The notes under the pieces are model-generated. The model worked only from the letters and a program-made list of their open reading frames with translations. It ran no database searches and was not told the origin of the DNA. A DNA stretch of 64,000 bases from an uncultured delta proteobacterium (GTDB lineage: Bacteria; Desulfobacterota; Desulfomonilia; UBA1062), in assembly GCA_963798485.1 (NCBI GenBank), contig CAWCTR010000004.1, forward strand, positions 224,001 to 288,000. The letters run 5' to 3'. Numbering within the stretch: position 1 is the stretch's first letter; every line of letters begins with the position of its first letter. Position numbers and translations under genes: made by a program. Shown in pieces: positions 49,646 through 59,685 of this stretch.

Positions 49646-51472
49646 TTAAGACACAGCTTGTGGAATGATTTTTTCTTCTTCCTCTCTAGTGTCTTCTCCA
49701 GTAGGAGAGGGCTTTTCAACCTTCGGTGTAGGTTTCAAAAGGAGATCATCCCTCATTACAAACACAGGCGCTTTATCCGGATAATTCTTGTATTTGAATG
49801 TGCTTATCAGTGGATCATACGACTTGAACCTTACAATGGCTGTAAGGTCAGGGAGTTTCATGAGTTCTGCGGGCAGGAAGAGACTTTCTCTCTTTGTCCG
49901 CTCAGCCAGGGAAGTCCCATCCCGATTATCGTTCACACCCATGGACCGGGTCTTGTTCATTTCAATATATTCTGTTTCACTTAAGATATCGGTACTGACC
50001 CTTGCAGATATCGGGTCATCCACGTTGAACATGATCTTATTTCCACAGGCATTGATAATGCTCTGCCGGTGATTGACAGAATATGTCTGATCGATCTGCC
50101 CGTAGTCCTGGATGCCGATGAAGACACATCCTCCCTTGCTCCGGGCCATGGTCAGTAGCTTGACAATAGTGGGAAGTCTCTGTAGGGTACCAAACTCATC
50201 CAGGAAAAAAAAGATCCTCCTCTCTGTTGACTCAGACAGAGATAACACCTGCCTCCCGACCAAATCCACAAAGAGGGATAGAATGGGCCGGAGGGCCTCC
50301 TGAATGATCGAGTAATTTGTGATGTAGATCATTCCTTTTCCATTTTGCAGCCAGTCCTTAATTTGAAATGTGCCATCTATATCAGCCATGTATTTGAGTC
50401 CTTTTGCGTATTCCATCAAGGTACCGAAGACTCCCTGAGATTGAGTAGATCCAGGTAATTCGATATGCTTGGCTGCCCCTTTGCCATCCGGAATGCTCTG
50501 CAGTTTTTCGAGGACATATTCGGCTTCTGAAGTAACAGTATCCCAAATATGCCTGTTGGTTGTCTGGTTTTCGCTGTAAAGATAATACAGAATTCCAGCG
50601 AATACATCCCGCGCCGCATCCGGGAAGAATGTATCCATCTGAGAGATGGAATGGGGAATAAGTGATGTTGCAATAGCGTCGATATCCATGGGAGTCTCGA
50701 TCTCATTGAAAAGGTTCCATCCAACGGATCTTGCATCGAGGGGATTGAAGATGATGTCTTTTTCCTCGTCATAGAAACGTCTTAAGTAATCCCCTTTGAA
50801 GTCGTATATGATTGCCTGTGCATTCCGTTTCTTCAAGTCTTCAATGATCTGGGCTGCACAATTTGTTTTTCCAGCTCCGGGTCCTCCTATAATGAAAGTG
50901 TGTCTGGGTTCTAAAGATTTGGGCATGCGGACACTGCCAATATGCAGTCCGGGCTCATCTTTCCTTTTCTTCACTTCATAATTGAATTCTTGAATCGTAC
51001 TGAGTCTTGATCCTCGGATATGTCTCCGGTCAGACTGATACTTTGCCTTGTCATGAAAGAACATCCAGGTCGGGATATAAAAAATGTACACAGATGAACA
51101 CCAGAAGAAGATGTTACGCATGGTATGAAATATGTAGATTGAATAAGTCCGCAGGGGAGCACAGGCTGCGATTCTTTGGGCAGTGGCATATGCTATTGTG
51201 CCATTGGGGTTTATGAACTTCAATCTTGCTGTCGGCCACATGATGTATGCAAAGAGCCATTGAGAGGCTGAACGGATCGAGGCCTTATCGATTTTGTACC
51301 AGCAGGCGAGGAAGGACAGCAGTACATGGAAGCAGAAGAGTATGGTTATAATCTTGGTATGCATCTGGATGGACATGCGGACTTGGTTCCACCAGGTCTC
51401 GAACCCTTCATAGCTCTGGCTTTGTACCGGGTATTTTTTCATAACATTCCATTCCTCCTTAGCAAGGATCAA
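49646..51472 (-). CDS. Type IV coupling protein, TrwB/TraD-like
   Basis: N-terminal TMs, GGPGAGKT, IYDFKGDY, IFNPLDARSVGWN, FFLDEFGTL, RSKGGCVFIGIQ. Confidence 0.88.
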   Translation of the reverse strand: MILAKEEWNVMKKYPVQSQSYEGFETWWNQVRMSIQMHTKIITILFCFHVLLSFLACWYKIDKASIRSASQWLFAYIMWPTARLKFINPNGTIAYATAQRIAACAPLRTYSIYIFHTMRNIFFWCSSVYIFYIPTWMFFHDKAKYQSDRRHIRGSRLSTIQEFNYEVKKRKDEPGLHIGSVRMPKSLEPRHTFIIGGPGAGKTNCAAQIIEDLKKRNAQAIIYDFKGDYLRRFYDEEKDIIFNPLDARSVGWNLFNEIETPMDIDAIATSLIPHSISQMDTFFPDAARDVFAGILYYLYSENQTTNRHIWDTVTSEAEYVLEKLQSIPDGKGAAKHIELPGSTQSQGVFGTLMEYAKGLKYMADIDGTFQIKDWLQNGKGMIYITNYSIIQEALRPILSLFVDLVGRQVLSLSESTERRIFFFLDEFGTLQRLPTIVKLLTMARSKGGCVFIGIQDYGQIDQTYSVNHRQSIINACGNKIMFNVDDPISARVSTDILSETEYIEMNKTRSMGVNDNRDGTSLAERTKRESLFLPAELMKLPDLTAIVRFKSYDPLISTFKYKNYPDKAPVFVMRDDLLLKPTPKVEKPSPTGEDTREEEEKIIPQAVS

Positions 51473-51996
51473 TCAGATCCGAATACAAATAGGGGTTTCT
51501 CAATCCACTTGATGTTCTCTTTCCTGATTGGTCCAAAATAGCGGCTGTCGAAGCTGTTGTTGTACGTGCTGGCAAAAAAATATTCCCCCTGCCTGAGGAT
51601 ATATTTACGGTATATTCTGGGTAAGGGGAGGCCCTGCGAATCATTTTGTTTCACCGGTCCAAAGTACTTACCGTTAATGTAGAGCCCGGCTGTAGAGACA
51701 TCAACGATATCGCCCTGTTTTGCAGCCACAGGTTTCGTGAGGTAGAACCTCAGGTGTTCAGGGAGCCATCTTCTTGATTTCATCAGGCCATAAACATTCC
51801 GGGGTATGTCAAAGGCACAGATCATCTCTCTTTCAATCCGGTCAGGATGATTAATCCAGTAAATACCCTTAGGAAGGCTCGGCGTTATCTGGAACATGAT
51901 CTTATAGCTCAAAACCTTACACGCAATCATACATCCCACTACTATCAGGAGAGCATGGATCAGTGGTCTCAGCTCGGCCTTTTTCCTCCACATCAA
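51469..51996 (-). CDS. traF: Conjugal transfer S26 peptidase TraF (pilin maturase)
   Basis: ITPSLPKGIY, KPVAA, DSQGLPLP, SFDSRYFGPI. Confidence 0.9.
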   Translation of the reverse strand: MMWRKKAELRPLIHALLIVVGCMIACKVLSYKIMFQITPSLPKGIYWINHPDRIEREMICAFDIPRNVYGLMKSRRWLPEHLRFYLTKPVAAKQGDIVDVSTAGLYINGKYFGPVKQNDSQGLPLPRIYRKYILRQGEYFFASTYNNSFDSRYFGPIRKENIKWIEKPLFVFGSD

Positions 51997-52009
51997 TTAC
52001 ACTCATTAT

Positions 52010-53320
52010 TCATTGAAGCGAATACGGCCTCAGAATCATGTCCCGGTTCACCATCACATTGAACTTATAGCCCGGTCTGATCTCAATGGTTGGGGCAACA
52101 TTGAGCTCACGATCAAGGAGCTTCTGTCCTGCCTGATTAATTCCGCTCGCCGCATCTCCTGCCATCTGCTGTCTTGTAGTGGGATAGTTGCCTTCAGAGT
52201 TATTGCCACCAGCCTGACGGGCTCCAACACTTAAGAACGTGCTCAAAAGAACAGCTCCTGCAATTCTTCCATAATGATAATTAACCTGGTCATTTGCCCC
52301 GGCATACCCGGAAAGGTCGGTACCCTGCATGCCATTCAAGAGGATCGATGATCCATCCGGAAAAATCATCCTGGTCCAAACCTGCATAACTCTGTCTTGC
52401 CCCCAGGAGATCTGATTGTCGTAGGTCCCGATCAGCTTGGTTCCCTGCGGGATCAGAAGATATCTTCCGGAGACCGAATCATAGACATTCTCCCGGAGCT
52501 GGGCGATGATCTGCCCTGGCAAGTCGGAGTTTATGCCTGTGATCAGGACTGCAGGCAGCACGGTTCCGGCCATGACCTGGTAAGGGGATGCAGGCTCCTG
52601 GATCTGGTGTTCCAGGTATATTGCTTCATCGGATTTTTTTGACTCATCGAGGAAGGCCCTTTTCCTGGCCTGGTCAGTATAAGGCTCCTGGCCGCACGGG
52701 GACTGAGCCAGCATCATACCAGGAGGCATTGAAGACATGTTCGGCGTTAGAGTTAAGGCAGCTGCAGGGGAGGCCTGTTGCATTCTCGCGGGAGTGCTGG
52801 TCTCTGAGAAAAAGATCTTCGATTTCCGGGCCTCGTCAAGCGCCTGTTTCTTCGAGTCTTGTGTCCCTCCTCCCCCTTGGGTGGGCTGATTGTACGGGTC
52901 ATATGGCTGTGTTCTGCCATATCGTGGATCACCTGCATTAAAGCCGTATTGATAGGGCTGCTGATGACCTGGCTGAGCATTGTTCATGCCGGGCATGTTC
53001 GGGTCCATGTAAGAGGAAGGCTGGCCGTTCTTTGCCACATCGCCTGCCTTGCTCCCTCTCATCTGTTCTCCATATGTCTTTGGGAGTTTATCAAAAGATT
53101 CCAGGTTCACTTTATCCCGTTGCTCGGCTGCTATCTCAGGGGCCGTGGAAGGCTGAATGGTTTCGGTAGCCCCGCTCTTTTTTGGCCCGAAACCGATCCC
53201 GAACAGGACAAAAGCGAGGAAGAAAACACCGCAGAGGAGGCCTACAACCATCTTCTTGTTTAACTTGCTGATGCCTTCAGGTTTCAGTCGTATGTTCTCA
53301 AGCATGTTCTCATCCTCCAC
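52010..53320 (-). CDS. trbI: TrbI/VirB10
   Basis: AGTVLPAVLITGINSDLPG, NVYDSVSG, LIPQGTKLIG, PTIEIRPG. Confidence 0.93.
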   Translation of the reverse strand: MEDENMLENIRLKPEGISKLNKKMVVGLLCGVFFLAFVLFGIGFGPKKSGATETIQPSTAPEIAAEQRDKVNLESFDKLPKTYGEQMRGSKAGDVAKNGQPSSYMDPNMPGMNNAQPGHQQPYQYGFNAGDPRYGRTQPYDPYNQPTQGGGGTQDSKKQALDEARKSKIFFSETSTPARMQQASPAAALTLTPNMSSMPPGMMLAQSPCGQEPYTDQARKRAFLDESKKSDEAIYLEHQIQEPASPYQVMAGTVLPAVLITGINSDLPGQIIAQLRENVYDSVSGRYLLIPQGTKLIGTYDNQISWGQDRVMQVWTRMIFPDGSSILLNGMQGTDLSGYAGANDQVNYHYGRIAGAVLLSTFLSVGARQAGGNNSEGNYPTTRQQMAGDAASGINQAGQKLLDRELNVAPTIEIRPGYKFNVMVNRDMILRPYSLQ

Positions 53321-53354
53321 AGCATGAAAATATCAGTTCACAAAACTCTCCTGA

Positions 53355-54344
53355 TCAAAGGCCGCCCAAGCTGTATTCGTTTGCACTGTTGCGGTAGATG
53401 TACACTTTCTCTGGACTCGAAGTGCCGAGCTGCAGCAAGGCTTTGTCGAAAAGCCGGTCCACAATGTAGTAATGCTTCTGATAGCGGTAGTTCACGAGCT
53501 GAGAGTCGCTCTCCCTGGTAACGATGAACAGAGGTGGCAGCTCTCCCTGCTCGATGTCGGCTGGGAACTGGATGAATACCTTCTTTCCGTCATCAAAGGC
53601 CCTCAAGGGTTTCCAGGATGCACTGCCCTTGATGGAGTAGTTGAAGTTGAGATCCGAGATCTTGAGGTTTGCTATGATGTCCATCTTCGTGTCATTAACG
53701 GCATTGATCCTGTTCGTAATACTAGCAAGTTGGTCCTTGGGGTAATACCAGGACACGCCTGCCTGGTAGGTTTCATTGAAGCTCTGGCACTCAAGGTGAT
53801 AGATATGCTTGTCCGTCGATACGGCGATATTCGTGTGGAGGTTCGAAAGATGAGGCTTCAGGAAGATGTGTACACGCTGGTCCTTTCCTGTCCCGCTTGT
53901 TGTCACGTCCAGTGACCATCTTGCAGTATCACCTGCGGCGGGCGGGCTCGTAAGTGTTTCACCCGGCTGGAGCATAATGTCTGTAACGTGGAACGGAGCG
54001 CTGTAGATCTCATAGAGGGCTCCTTCCATGTAGTCATAGACGGTTACGGCGTTGATGTACCGGTCCTCAGTGGGCTTCTGGGCAGCCTCCTTGTTCGCCT
54101 CATCTATCACTTTGGCTGGGTCCTGATTTTTCTTCCTGGAAGACCCCGTCTCCATTTTCTTGAGCTGAGGACTTGCCACTTTCTTGTAATTCGCCTGGGG
54201 CACGGGATCGGCTACGGGGATATCGAATGTGGACCCCTTCTGAGTAGGCGCTTTCACCTGCCGGGCAGGTACGATCTTTTCGTTTTGGGCACACGCTGAT
54301 ATTACAAAAAGACTTATGAGTACTATGACGATACACTTCTTCAT
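53355..54344 (-). CDS. trbG: TrbG/VirB9
   Basis: TDIMLQPGE, GDTARW, WKPLRAFDDG, LVNYR, YIVDRLF. Confidence 0.92.
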   Translation of the reverse strand: MKKCIVIVLISLFVISACAQNEKIVPARQVKAPTQKGSTFDIPVADPVPQANYKKVASPQLKKMETGSSRKKNQDPAKVIDEANKEAAQKPTEDRYINAVTVYDYMEGALYEIYSAPFHVTDIMLQPGETLTSPPAAGDTARWSLDVTTSGTGKDQRVHIFLKPHLSNLHTNIAVSTDKHIYHLECQSFNETYQAGVSWYYPKDQLASITNRINAVNDTKMDIIANLKISDLNFNYSIKGSASWKPLRAFDDGKKVFIQFPADIEQGELPPLFIVTRESDSQLVNYRYQKHYYIVDRLFDKALLQLGTSSPEKVYIYRNSANEYSLGGL

Positions 54345-54362
54345 GAATTCACTCTCCTCCTC

Positions 54363-55052
54363 TTAATTCACCCTGGATATGTTGAAGAAATCGATGAAAA
54401 TCCCGAGCGGATTGGTACGTAGAAGCTTCTCGTCCTTCGGCGTATGAAAGACCAGGTTGAATATGCCTGTATAAGCCTGCCTGGTTAAAGGCGTACCGTT
54501 GTTCTCGAAATCCTGCTCATACCAGTTCACCTGGTAGCTATTCTCGCTCATCTTGACAGCGCTCGACACTTCCACGGACACAGCCTTTTTCCCGAGCTGC
54601 TTGAATGGGTCCCATTCCTTTGCGTACGCATTCAGCGTGTTCGATCCTTTTGGGGTCAGGAAATTGTATGATGAAAGATAATTATGCCTCATGATAATCG
54701 CATCCGTCGGGATGGACCGTATCTGTGTCACGAACTGACCCAGAAAATACTCTGTTGCCGCTTCATTTGGTCTGTATAGCTTGTCAGCTCTGCCTACGAG
54801 GTTGACGGCACCATGCTCGTTAACCTCGACTATATAGGGCACGACAGAGGAATTCAGGGCTAAAAATATAAAGCCAACCAACAAAACGATTATGACAGCG
54901 AGCTCCCCGAATGCGATAAGCCTCCAGTTTGCCGCCTGCACACGGGCCGCACCGATGAAGTCATCGAAATCCTGTTTTGCCCTCTGGTATGGGGTTTCCG
55001 GTTCACCTTCCGGTGTGAACTTCAGCTTTTTAACTATTGCTAGTTTTTCCAT
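54363..55052 (-). CDS. trbF: TrbF/VirB8
   Basis: PYQRAKQDFDDFIG...WRLIAF...VVPYIVEV...NPLGIFI; likely start MEKLAI at 55052 after GGAGG. Confidence 0.9.
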   Translation of the reverse strand: MEKLAIVKKLKFTPEGEPETPYQRAKQDFDDFIGAARVQAANWRLIAFGELAVIIVLLVGFIFLALNSSVVPYIVEVNEHGAVNLVGRADKLYRPNEAATEYFLGQFVTQIRSIPTDAIIMRHNYLSSYNFLTPKGSNTLNAYAKEWDPFKQLGKKAVSVEVSSAVKMSENSYQVNWYEQDFENNGTPLTRQAYTGIFNLVFHTPKDEKLLRTNPLGIFIDFFNISRVN

Positions 55053-56040
55053 TGCTGTTTGTACCTCCTGCCCCTGGTTTGACCTCTGGGCCTTTCCCCG
55101 TGCTAGCGCTTCCACCAGTTACTTTGTTGTAGGCTCCTTTCCCCAAACTGACGGCTCCCTTAACCGTCCCGACACTTTTATTTACTACGGTAGCTGCAGC
55201 CCTATCTCCGGCAAAACCAAATGCAGCTGCGCCTGCTATAAAATGTGATCCTGATAGATTGGGTCCGCCTGATATAATTCCAGCTGCGAAATTTGGAGCA
55301 CTCCAGGAAAGGTAAGAAATGACACAAACCATAGAAATACCGCAATACAGCGCATAATTATCATCAGCTACAGGCGTTAGATCCAAACTACCGATGATGT
55401 CGTAGGCGATACTGACGATGAGAGCCAGAACCATTAATTTAACTCCAATGGTAAACGTCCCTCCTATAGCCCGTTCAGCCAGCCAGGCAGTCGGCTTGAA
55501 CACCGCAAACGGAATAAGGATTACAGCGCATACAGTGAAGAGATAGAATTCGATAATTACGATAAACAGATTCCAGGCGATCAAGAAGTATGCAAAGAGC
55601 CCCATCAATCCAGTGATAAACTGTAAAGCTGAATTCACTGGGTGGAGAGCAATAGTGGTGAATCCCCCGATGTTGTCAAAAATGGGTTTTGTGGTTTTAA
55701 ATCCCATGTCGATTATAGCTGATGGATCAAACAAGTTAGCTACCGTTAAGACACTTCCACCTGCTACAAGCCCCGCCTGTGCAAAAGAACTGATCAGGGC
55801 ATGAGATAATGATTTCATTCCAGTGATGATCCAGAGGAATAATCCTATAGCAGTTATTTTCTTGATGGCTGTGACTGTGATATCGCTTTTACCCAAGGCC
55901 CAGAACACACCCAGGACCACAAGCTCTATTGCTACCAGATATCGCATGAGGACGAGTGCATCCGGAAGAATTCTTGCATAGCCAAGGGAAAGCCTACCTG
56001 CTAGCTGGTTTAGCACAGTTGTCAATATGCCTGTATCCAT
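55030..56040 (-). CDS. trbL: TrbL/VirB6
   Basis: Polytopic membrane protein, IIEFYL...LIPF...WLAERAIG, Gly/Ala-rich tail. Confidence 0.88.
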   Translation of the reverse strand: MDTGILTTVLNQLAGRLSLGYARILPDALVLMRYLVAIELVVLGVFWALGKSDITVTAIKKITAIGLFLWIITGMKSLSHALISSFAQAGLVAGGSVLTVANLFDPSAIIDMGFKTTKPIFDNIGGFTTIALHPVNSALQFITGLMGLFAYFLIAWNLFIVIIEFYLFTVCAVILIPFAVFKPTAWLAERAIGGTFTIGVKLMVLALIVSIAYDIIGSLDLTPVADDNYALYCGISMVCVISYLSWSAPNFAAGIISGGPNLSGSHFIAGAAAFGFAGDRAAATVVNKSVGTVKGAVSLGKGAYNKVTGGSASTGKGPEVKPGAGGTNSNGKTSNS

Positions 56041-56080
56041 ACCTATCCCTTAAGATCATTTCTTGTATAATCATCCAACT

Positions 56081-56221
56081 TCATGGAAAATCCTTAGGGG
56101 GAACAGCTGTGGATTTTTTAGTGCCCCAATTCCTCATAGGGTCTTTCTTTGAATTGTCAGAACAACCACTTCCAACAAGTAAGAATAGAATTACTCCAAA
56201 CGCGATAACCTTTCTGATCAT
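56081..56221 (-). CDS. trbK: Small lipoprotein, TrbK-like entry exclusion protein (46 aa)
   Basis: MIRKVIAFGVILFLLVGSGCSDNSKKDPMRNWGTKKSTAVPPKDFP*; lipobox-like GSGC, AGGAGA RBS, located between trbJ and trbL; missed by the ORF track. Confidence 0.8.
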   Translation of the reverse strand: MIRKVIAFGVILFLLVGSGCSDNSKKDPMRNWGTKKSTAVPPKDFP

Positions 56222-56250
56222 CTTGTCTCTCCTTGCATGCTTTTAAAATT

Positions 56251-57000
56251 TCAAGGGAACTCACTTGGGGGTACAGCCGTAGATTTCTTTGTTCCCCAAT
56301 TCCTCATCCGGTATATGTAGTCCTGTTGCCTTTCATAATCCTTTGCCTGATCCTCAGCGAGCCGGGTTGAACCCAGGTGGTTCTGTACAGCCAGGAGCTG
56401 CTGGGTCTTGATCTGCTGTTTGATCTGCATGGCGGCTAACTCGTTGCCATACTGTTGAGCATCGAGATTCCCTGAAGCATGCCTGGAACCCATCAATACC
56501 TGGTCAGTTGCAATGATATCGTCGTTGATTCCCTGTATTTCCTGGGCTTGAACATTCATGGCATTGATATTGGCATTGGCGGTTGCCTCGATCTGGGACA
56601 ACCTCTTTGCTTGTATGTCGCTGGGAGATGCTCCCTGTATCACTGATCCGAACTGCTGGTAGAGGTTCTGATAGTTGCTGTCCAGAGTCTGGATGTTATA
56701 TCCTACGCCTTGTATCCTGCCTAACATGGTATTGATATCCTGAGCTGTCTGCATGGGTGTATTCCCAATATTCACCTGGAGAGCCTTGAGATTCTGATAC
56801 TCATTGTTGATCATGGTGATCTGGTTTTGGAGCTGATTCAAAAGCTTCTCGTTCTGCTCGAATGCCTGGAGGGCATTATAATAGCTCTCCACGAAGTTCC
56901 AGGGGTCATAAACCGTGTCGAAGCTATATGATGCAGCGGTAATGGATACGGTGAGAATCGAAATAATTACAAAGCTCCTTATGAAGTTGCTCTTGCGCAT
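56251..57000 (-). CDS. trbJ: TrbJ/VirB5
   Basis: Signal peptide, VYDPWN, Gln/Asn-rich coiled coils, GNLDAQQYGNEL. Confidence 0.88.
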   Translation of the reverse strand: MRKSNFIRSFVIISILTVSITAASYSFDTVYDPWNFVESYYNALQAFEQNEKLLNQLQNQITMINNEYQNLKALQVNIGNTPMQTAQDINTMLGRIQGVGYNIQTLDSNYQNLYQQFGSVIQGASPSDIQAKRLSQIEATANANINAMNVQAQEIQGINDDIIATDQVLMGSRHASGNLDAQQYGNELAAMQIKQQIKTQQLLAVQNHLGSTRLAEDQAKDYERQQDYIYRMRNWGTKKSTAVPPSEFP

Positions 57001-59417
57001 TGCAATACCTCCTTTGTCCTTATTTTCAGATCAAGCCATCTGTTCAGAAGATCCTCTTTCCCTTTTTCCAGCAAATCATCCATAAGCCTGTGGTCCTCTT
57101 TGGAGCTTGAAGCACATATCGCGAGCGAAACAGGATCGAGCCCCAGGTCAAACAGCCTGTTCCCGGCATCAGACTGGCAATAATACTGCCTCTTGGGCAT
57201 GGCATTGACGAGGATCTCGATCTGCCGGTGATTCAGTCCGAACCTCTGGTACTGCTCATATGCCTCCGGTTCGAAAGCCTTCCGGTTCGGCAGGAAGATC
57301 CTCGTTGGGCATGACTCATTCAAGGTGCTGAAGATGGGGCTCTTAACCATGTCAGCTACAGACTGCGTGGAAAAGACGACAGCGACATTGGCCTTCCGCA
57401 GTGTCTTGAGCCAGTCACGAATCTTGTTTGAAAATATAGGATGAGACAGGAAGAGCCAGGACTCATCGAGCATGAGCAGCGTCGGATCTCCGGTGAACCT
57501 CTGGTCAAGACGGTGGAACAGGTAGGAGAGCACCGGAGGCACGGCATTTTGCATAGAGACCATGAGATGGTTCATCTCAAAGCATTGAACTCTTCCATAT
57601 TCGAGGGTATCGCTCTCTGCATCCAGGAGTTGACCATATGATCCCTGCAGTGTGTACAGATAAAGAGCTGCCCTGATCTCATTATTTTGAACCAGGGTGA
57701 CAAGACCGGTGATGGTCCTTTGTCTTACAGGGGAAGTAGAAAGATTCGTAAGGGCTTCCCAGAGCTCATTTCTTAAATTAGGTGTTACTACGACATTTTG
57801 CTGAGCCAGGATTTCCGTGACCCACTCCAGCGCCCAGGATCTCTCACTTTCTTTATCGATATTCATCAGAGGCTGAAAGGCCAGGTCAATATTCTCTCCC
57901 AGGTCGTAGTGATCTCCTCCAGTGAGGAGAGTCGTGACCCTGGCGGAACGGTCCTTGTCGAATATATACACTTGAGCGTTTCTGTATCTCAGGAATTGCA
58001 CGGCCATGAATGAGAGTAGAGCCGATTTACCGGCACCTGTGGGACCCACGATCATCGTGTGTCCGACATCCCCTACATGAGTGGAATATCTGAACGGGGT
58101 GTTGCTCAGAGTCTTTGCATAGAAAAGGGGCGGGCCGTTCAAGTGCTTGTTCCTTTCCGGGCCAGCCCAGTCTGAAGAAAGAGGAATGAGGTGTGTGAGA
58201 TTGAGAGAATGGACCAGAGGCCTTCTTATGTTCGCCCAACAGTGACCCGGCAGTGAGCCTAACCATGACTGAATAACATTCAAAGACTCATTCCTGGTAA
58301 CAAAGCCCGCAGAGTTGGTAATCTGCTCAACACTGCTGACTTTATCATGCAAAGCGTCGAGGTCCTTGTCCCACAGGACAATGCAGGAGGTATAGTACCC
58401 GGCTGATACGAGCCCTCCCGCAACCATCTCCGCGACTGCATCGCAATCGTAGGACTTGTTCACCGCGTCGGTATCTTCCTTGCCGTCGTCGATCTCGTTC
58501 ATGAAGGACATCTTCACCAGGCTCCACAGGGAACGTTTCTTGGAAAACCATTGCTTCGAATACTTCTTCAGTTCCCTGATAGCCTCGTTCTTTGACAGGC
58601 AGATGAACCGGGTAGACCACCGGTATTCACATCCCAGCCCGTCCAGGTCCTTCAATATCTGGGGATCGGACTCCAGGGGGAAACCGTCTATCGAGATGAC
58701 CTTGAGAAAGGATTCTCCGAGCTTCGGCTGAAAGCCCCCTATCAGGAGCTCGTCGGGAAGAAGATAATCCAGGAAGACCGGTGTCTTTGGTGTCTTCACC
58801 GGATGATACTTTGTAGAAATACAGGAGTGGAGGTAGGTGAGGGTTGCATCGTCACCTAGATACTCGGCATAGGGGAAGATTGTCTTCAGGATATCGAAGA
58901 TCTTCCTCACCTCATCCTGGAAGTATTCCAGGTGCTTTGTGTAATCGATCTTCTTCTGATCTATGAACTTGTTGAGAATCTTCTGGGACTGTTCAGATGG
59001 CGACATGTAGGTGAAGGTCAGGTAGTACGTGCTCGTGAAGTGGTGCCCGTCATCTAAGAAGATCCGCTTTCTTTCCTCATCGACCAGGCTGCTTGCCTGA
59101 TTTGGGAACTCGGACTCAGGGTAGTAGTTGTACTTCCTCCTCTGTACTTCGATAAAGTAAGCCCATGGAGAAGGGAGCCTCATCAGCGCGTTGTTCACCT
59201 GGGCCGCTACCGCATCGAGCTCCTCCTCTGTCGAGGAGTAGAGATCAGGTCCGTTGAAGATGATTGTTGACTGAAAGGAGCCTGTCTTGTTGAGGACAAC
59301 TCCGGGGGCAATAAGCATGGCCCATGGAAGCCTGTGAGCCAATTTGTTCGGTGATTCCCTGTATTCCTTGAGATGCAGCACCACTACCTCCCCGCCCAAT
59401 CCATGGGCAGTAAACAA
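56979..59417 (-). CDS. trbE: TrbE/VirB4 ATPase
   Basis: LPWAMLIAPGVVLNK, GHTMIVGPTGAGKS, LMLDESW, WLKTLRKAN; start probably a GTG near 59380. Confidence 0.95.
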   Translation of the reverse strand: MFTAHGLGGEVVVLHLKEYRESPNKLAHRLPWAMLIAPGVVLNKTGSFQSTIIFNGPDLYSSTEEELDAVAAQVNNALMRLPSPWAYFIEVQRRKYNYYPESEFPNQASSLVDEERKRIFLDDGHHFTSTYYLTFTYMSPSEQSQKILNKFIDQKKIDYTKHLEYFQDEVRKIFDILKTIFPYAEYLGDDATLTYLHSCISTKYHPVKTPKTPVFLDYLLPDELLIGGFQPKLGESFLKVISIDGFPLESDPQILKDLDGLGCEYRWSTRFICLSKNEAIRELKKYSKQWFSKKRSLWSLVKMSFMNEIDDGKEDTDAVNKSYDCDAVAEMVAGGLVSAGYYTSCIVLWDKDLDALHDKVSSVEQITNSAGFVTRNESLNVIQSWLGSLPGHCWANIRRPLVHSLNLTHLIPLSSDWAGPERNKHLNGPPLFYAKTLSNTPFRYSTHVGDVGHTMIVGPTGAGKSALLSFMAVQFLRYRNAQVYIFDKDRSARVTTLLTGGDHYDLGENIDLAFQPLMNIDKESERSWALEWVTEILAQQNVVVTPNLRNELWEALTNLSTSPVRQRTITGLVTLVQNNEIRAALYLYTLQGSYGQLLDAESDTLEYGRVQCFEMNHLMVSMQNAVPPVLSYLFHRLDQRFTGDPTLLMLDESWLFLSHPIFSNKIRDWLKTLRKANVAVVFSTQSVADMVKSPIFSTLNESCPTRIFLPNRKAFEPEAYEQYQRFGLNHRQIEILVNAMPKRQYYCQSDAGNRLFDLGLDPVSLAICASSSKEDHRLMDDLLEKGKEDLLNRWLDLKIRTKEVLQCARATS

Positions 59418-59441
59418 AGCTGTCGCTATAGCTTATGAAAG

Positions 59442-59681
59442 CTATGGCTCTAAGTAATCGTCTTCATTGACATGAGAGACCAAAACTTCAAGGAGGTATG
59501 GATCTGATCTGTATAGCACAACAAGAATAATATAAACGGGTATGAGAACCAGTATCATCCAGGCATTCTGCATGCCCAGCACCAGAGCACCGCCTAGCGT
59601 TCCCCCCAGGATCGCCACTTTCCGGGGTACTCCGGCAATCATGTTCCTTTCAATGAGACCTCGGTGGATTGGGACCTTCAT
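59442..59681 (-). CDS. trbD: TrbD/VirB3
   Basis: PIHRGLIERNMIAGVPR...DPY; located between trbC and trbE. Confidence 0.85.
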   Translation of the reverse strand: MKVPIHRGLIERNMIAGVPRKVAILGGTLGGALVLGMQNAWMILVLIPVYIILVVLYRSDPYLLEVLVSHVNEDDYLEP

Positions 59682-59685
59682 GAAT

